Positions 20,060-22,041 of a DNA stretch of 22,041 nt are shown here, in pieces. The notes below the pieces were generated by a model. The model was not told the origin of the DNA. It ran no database searches and saw nothing but the letters and a program-made list of their open reading frames with translations. The stretch's first letter is position 1. Each line of letters opens with the position of its first letter. The DNA is taken from the NCBI RefSeq assembly GCF_006345805.1, contig NW_021837012.1, positions 1 to 22,041 of the forward strand, given 5' to 3'. The stretch is from Octopus sinensis (Eukaryota). The translations under genes were made by a program, and so were the position numbers.

Positions 20060-20215
20060 TCTCCGTAACTTAGAGGTTCAGCGAAAGAGACTGTTAGAAT
20101 AAGTACTAGACCTACAAAGAATAATCCTGGGGTCGATATGCTCAACTGAAGGTGTTGTTCCAGCATGGCCACAGTTAAATGACTGAAACAAGTAAATGAG
20201 AGTAAAAGAGTAAAT
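20060..20215 (+). mobile_element. SINE 3' half with complete tail
   Basis: ...CCAGCATGGCCACAGTTAAATGACTGAAACAAGTAAA; shares diagnostic variants with 7305-7394. Confidence 0.85.
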
Positions 20216-20611
20216 AGCGACAAAAGTCTATAACCTGTTCACTAGGGAGATAGCTGAAAATATCTCCTAAACGTCATATAATACGTTTCATGTTGTAATT
20301 TCTGTAATAGGTGTGTTCGTTTTACGCCTGCGAAAGGAGACACGACCATGCGCACACCAACAGAGACACATACACATCCAAGTAATCTGCTGGTACCTTT
20401 AACAAATAAACATTGACTAGCTGATCATTTACATTTCACTACACCCCACAAATATATAAAGTAATAATGTTATCTAGTACTACCCTTCGGAGATAATCAA
20501 GTTTCTTTATTGTGTCAGATAGGATATATGCGTGTTGGGTATATAGACGTATATCTGTATGTATGGTACATAATTATATATATATATTATAATATATATA
20601 TATATATATAT

Positions 20612-22041
20612 AAATACTGGAGCGCCGCCTTAGTCGAGCACATCGTCCCGCAACTTATTCTTTGTAATCCTAGTATTTATTCTAACTTGTTCTCTTTTGC
20701 CGAACCGCTAAAATACAAGGAATAAAACACACCAGCATCGGTTTAAAACATCAACAACTACAGTCAATCGAAGATAATGACCAAACTGTCTACTCTTATC
20801 CACCAGTTCCAACACGATTTAACAAAAAAGGAGAACAATTGCTTGACTAGTAGACTTGACTGCAAAGCCATTATGTCTATGGACTTAAACAAAACCATGT
20901 AACAAGTGGCAATAAATTGAACTTCTTTTCATTCAGCAGTTAGTGATTTTCAAATGTGGGTATCTTAGAGATGCTTAAAGTGTTTGTTGTAGCTGGAATT
21001 GTCGCACACACACAAACGAATAAAAACGCACAGACGCTCACACACACGTACACACAGAAATAAAAACATTCACACAACACAAACACTGAAATTAAAATAC
21101 CAAAACACACTTTCACACACACACAAATAAAAACAGTCCCACGAACACAAACACTGAAAAAATACTCACACACTCACATACGCACAAACACACACAGAAG
21201 TGAAAATACACATCTATATATTCACACACTCAAACACGCGGACAAATAGAGAAAAGAAAATAGTTACATACCTACACACTCGAAGACACAGAAAAGAAAA
21301 CACTCATACGAACATGCTCAAACACACAGACATACACATATAGAAATGAAAAATACAGTTTCACATCCAAACTCTCACACACTTACACACGCACAAACAC
21401 ACACACACACATAAATGAAAATAGTCACACACACATACGCACCCACACACAGAAATGAAAACACAGTTACACACTCACACATAAAACCCTAACCCTAACT
21501 AGCACAAACAAGTTGCCAGACGAGATGGTGAAGATGCCGACGACCACTTTGTTCAAAGCCTCCCTGAACCTCAAGTGGCCTGAACTCTTTAGATGAACAC
21601 CACCCTGTACTTAACTCCATGTCCCCCTACATGGCCTTGCTATTTGCTTTTGAGCCAAATTAACTAACTAACTAAACATACAATTTATTCAGAATGTAAA
21701 GGGGCATTGGGTGCTTTCCACTCGCAGTTAGAATATCAGCTCCCTCCACGCCAGTATGAGAATTTCTTTCATCCACTTGTGAAATTAATACATTGTCGAC
21801 ATATAGGAAAAATATGAGCAACGTCTGAAGTCACTAAAGGTGCAATAAATTGAACTTGTTTTGATTTAGTACTTAGTGATCTCAAATGTATGTATCTTAC
21901 AAATGGTCAAAGTGTTTGTTGTATTTGTAAGTGTCGCACACACACAAACAAATAGAAACACTCAGTCGCTCACACAATCGCGCACACAGAAATAAAAACA
22001 CTCTCACACACACACACAAACACTGAAATGAAAATACCGGC
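20612..22041. repeat. Composite macro-repeat copy 5 (internally deleted, runs off the window)
   Basis: Inverted SINE half at 20617, truncated Penelope-like piece at ~20757-20900, CA minisatellite, conserved module at ~21693. Confidence 0.85.
21511..21673 (+). mobile_element. Heavily 5'-truncated CR1/L2-like LINE 3' end with (TAAC)n tail and 5-bp TSD
   Basis: Encodes KLPDEMVKMPTTTLFKASLNLKWPELFR*; tail TAACTAACTAACT; AAACA at 21506-21510 and 21674-21678; empty site CACAAACA|TACAAT in copies 1 and 4. Confidence 0.85.

Overview
AT-rich, microsatellite-dense eukaryotic repeat DNA with no intact protein-coding gene. The tRNA-derived SINE families and the microsatellite load suggest an octopod cephalopod genome (inference from recalled repeat motifs, no search run). 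1-4320: a decayed RTE-like LINE on the minus strand, with a C4HC3 PHD finger inside its RT domain, is split by a 5'-truncated CR1-like LINE on the plus strand. 4900-7400: SINE pieces, a non-autonomous Helitron-like element and a ~255-bp foldback element. From ~7420 to the end: five diverged, mosaic copies of a multi-kb composite unit (inverted SINE half, Penelope-like RT fragment, CA-rich minisatellite, SINEs, TA-minisatellite). Most notable: two unrelated foldback elements flanked by (TA)n each carry a minimal type I hammerhead-ribozyme architecture. One is canonical (10670-10712) and is present in only one of two near-identical repeat copies. The other (5845-5945) has a G3:C8-swapped core, reconstructed from the two arms. 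Together with the Penelope-like RT remnants, this suggests non-autonomous, ribozyme-bearing Penelope-like/retrozyme-type elements. Most ORF-track entries over microsatellites and SINEs are spurious.
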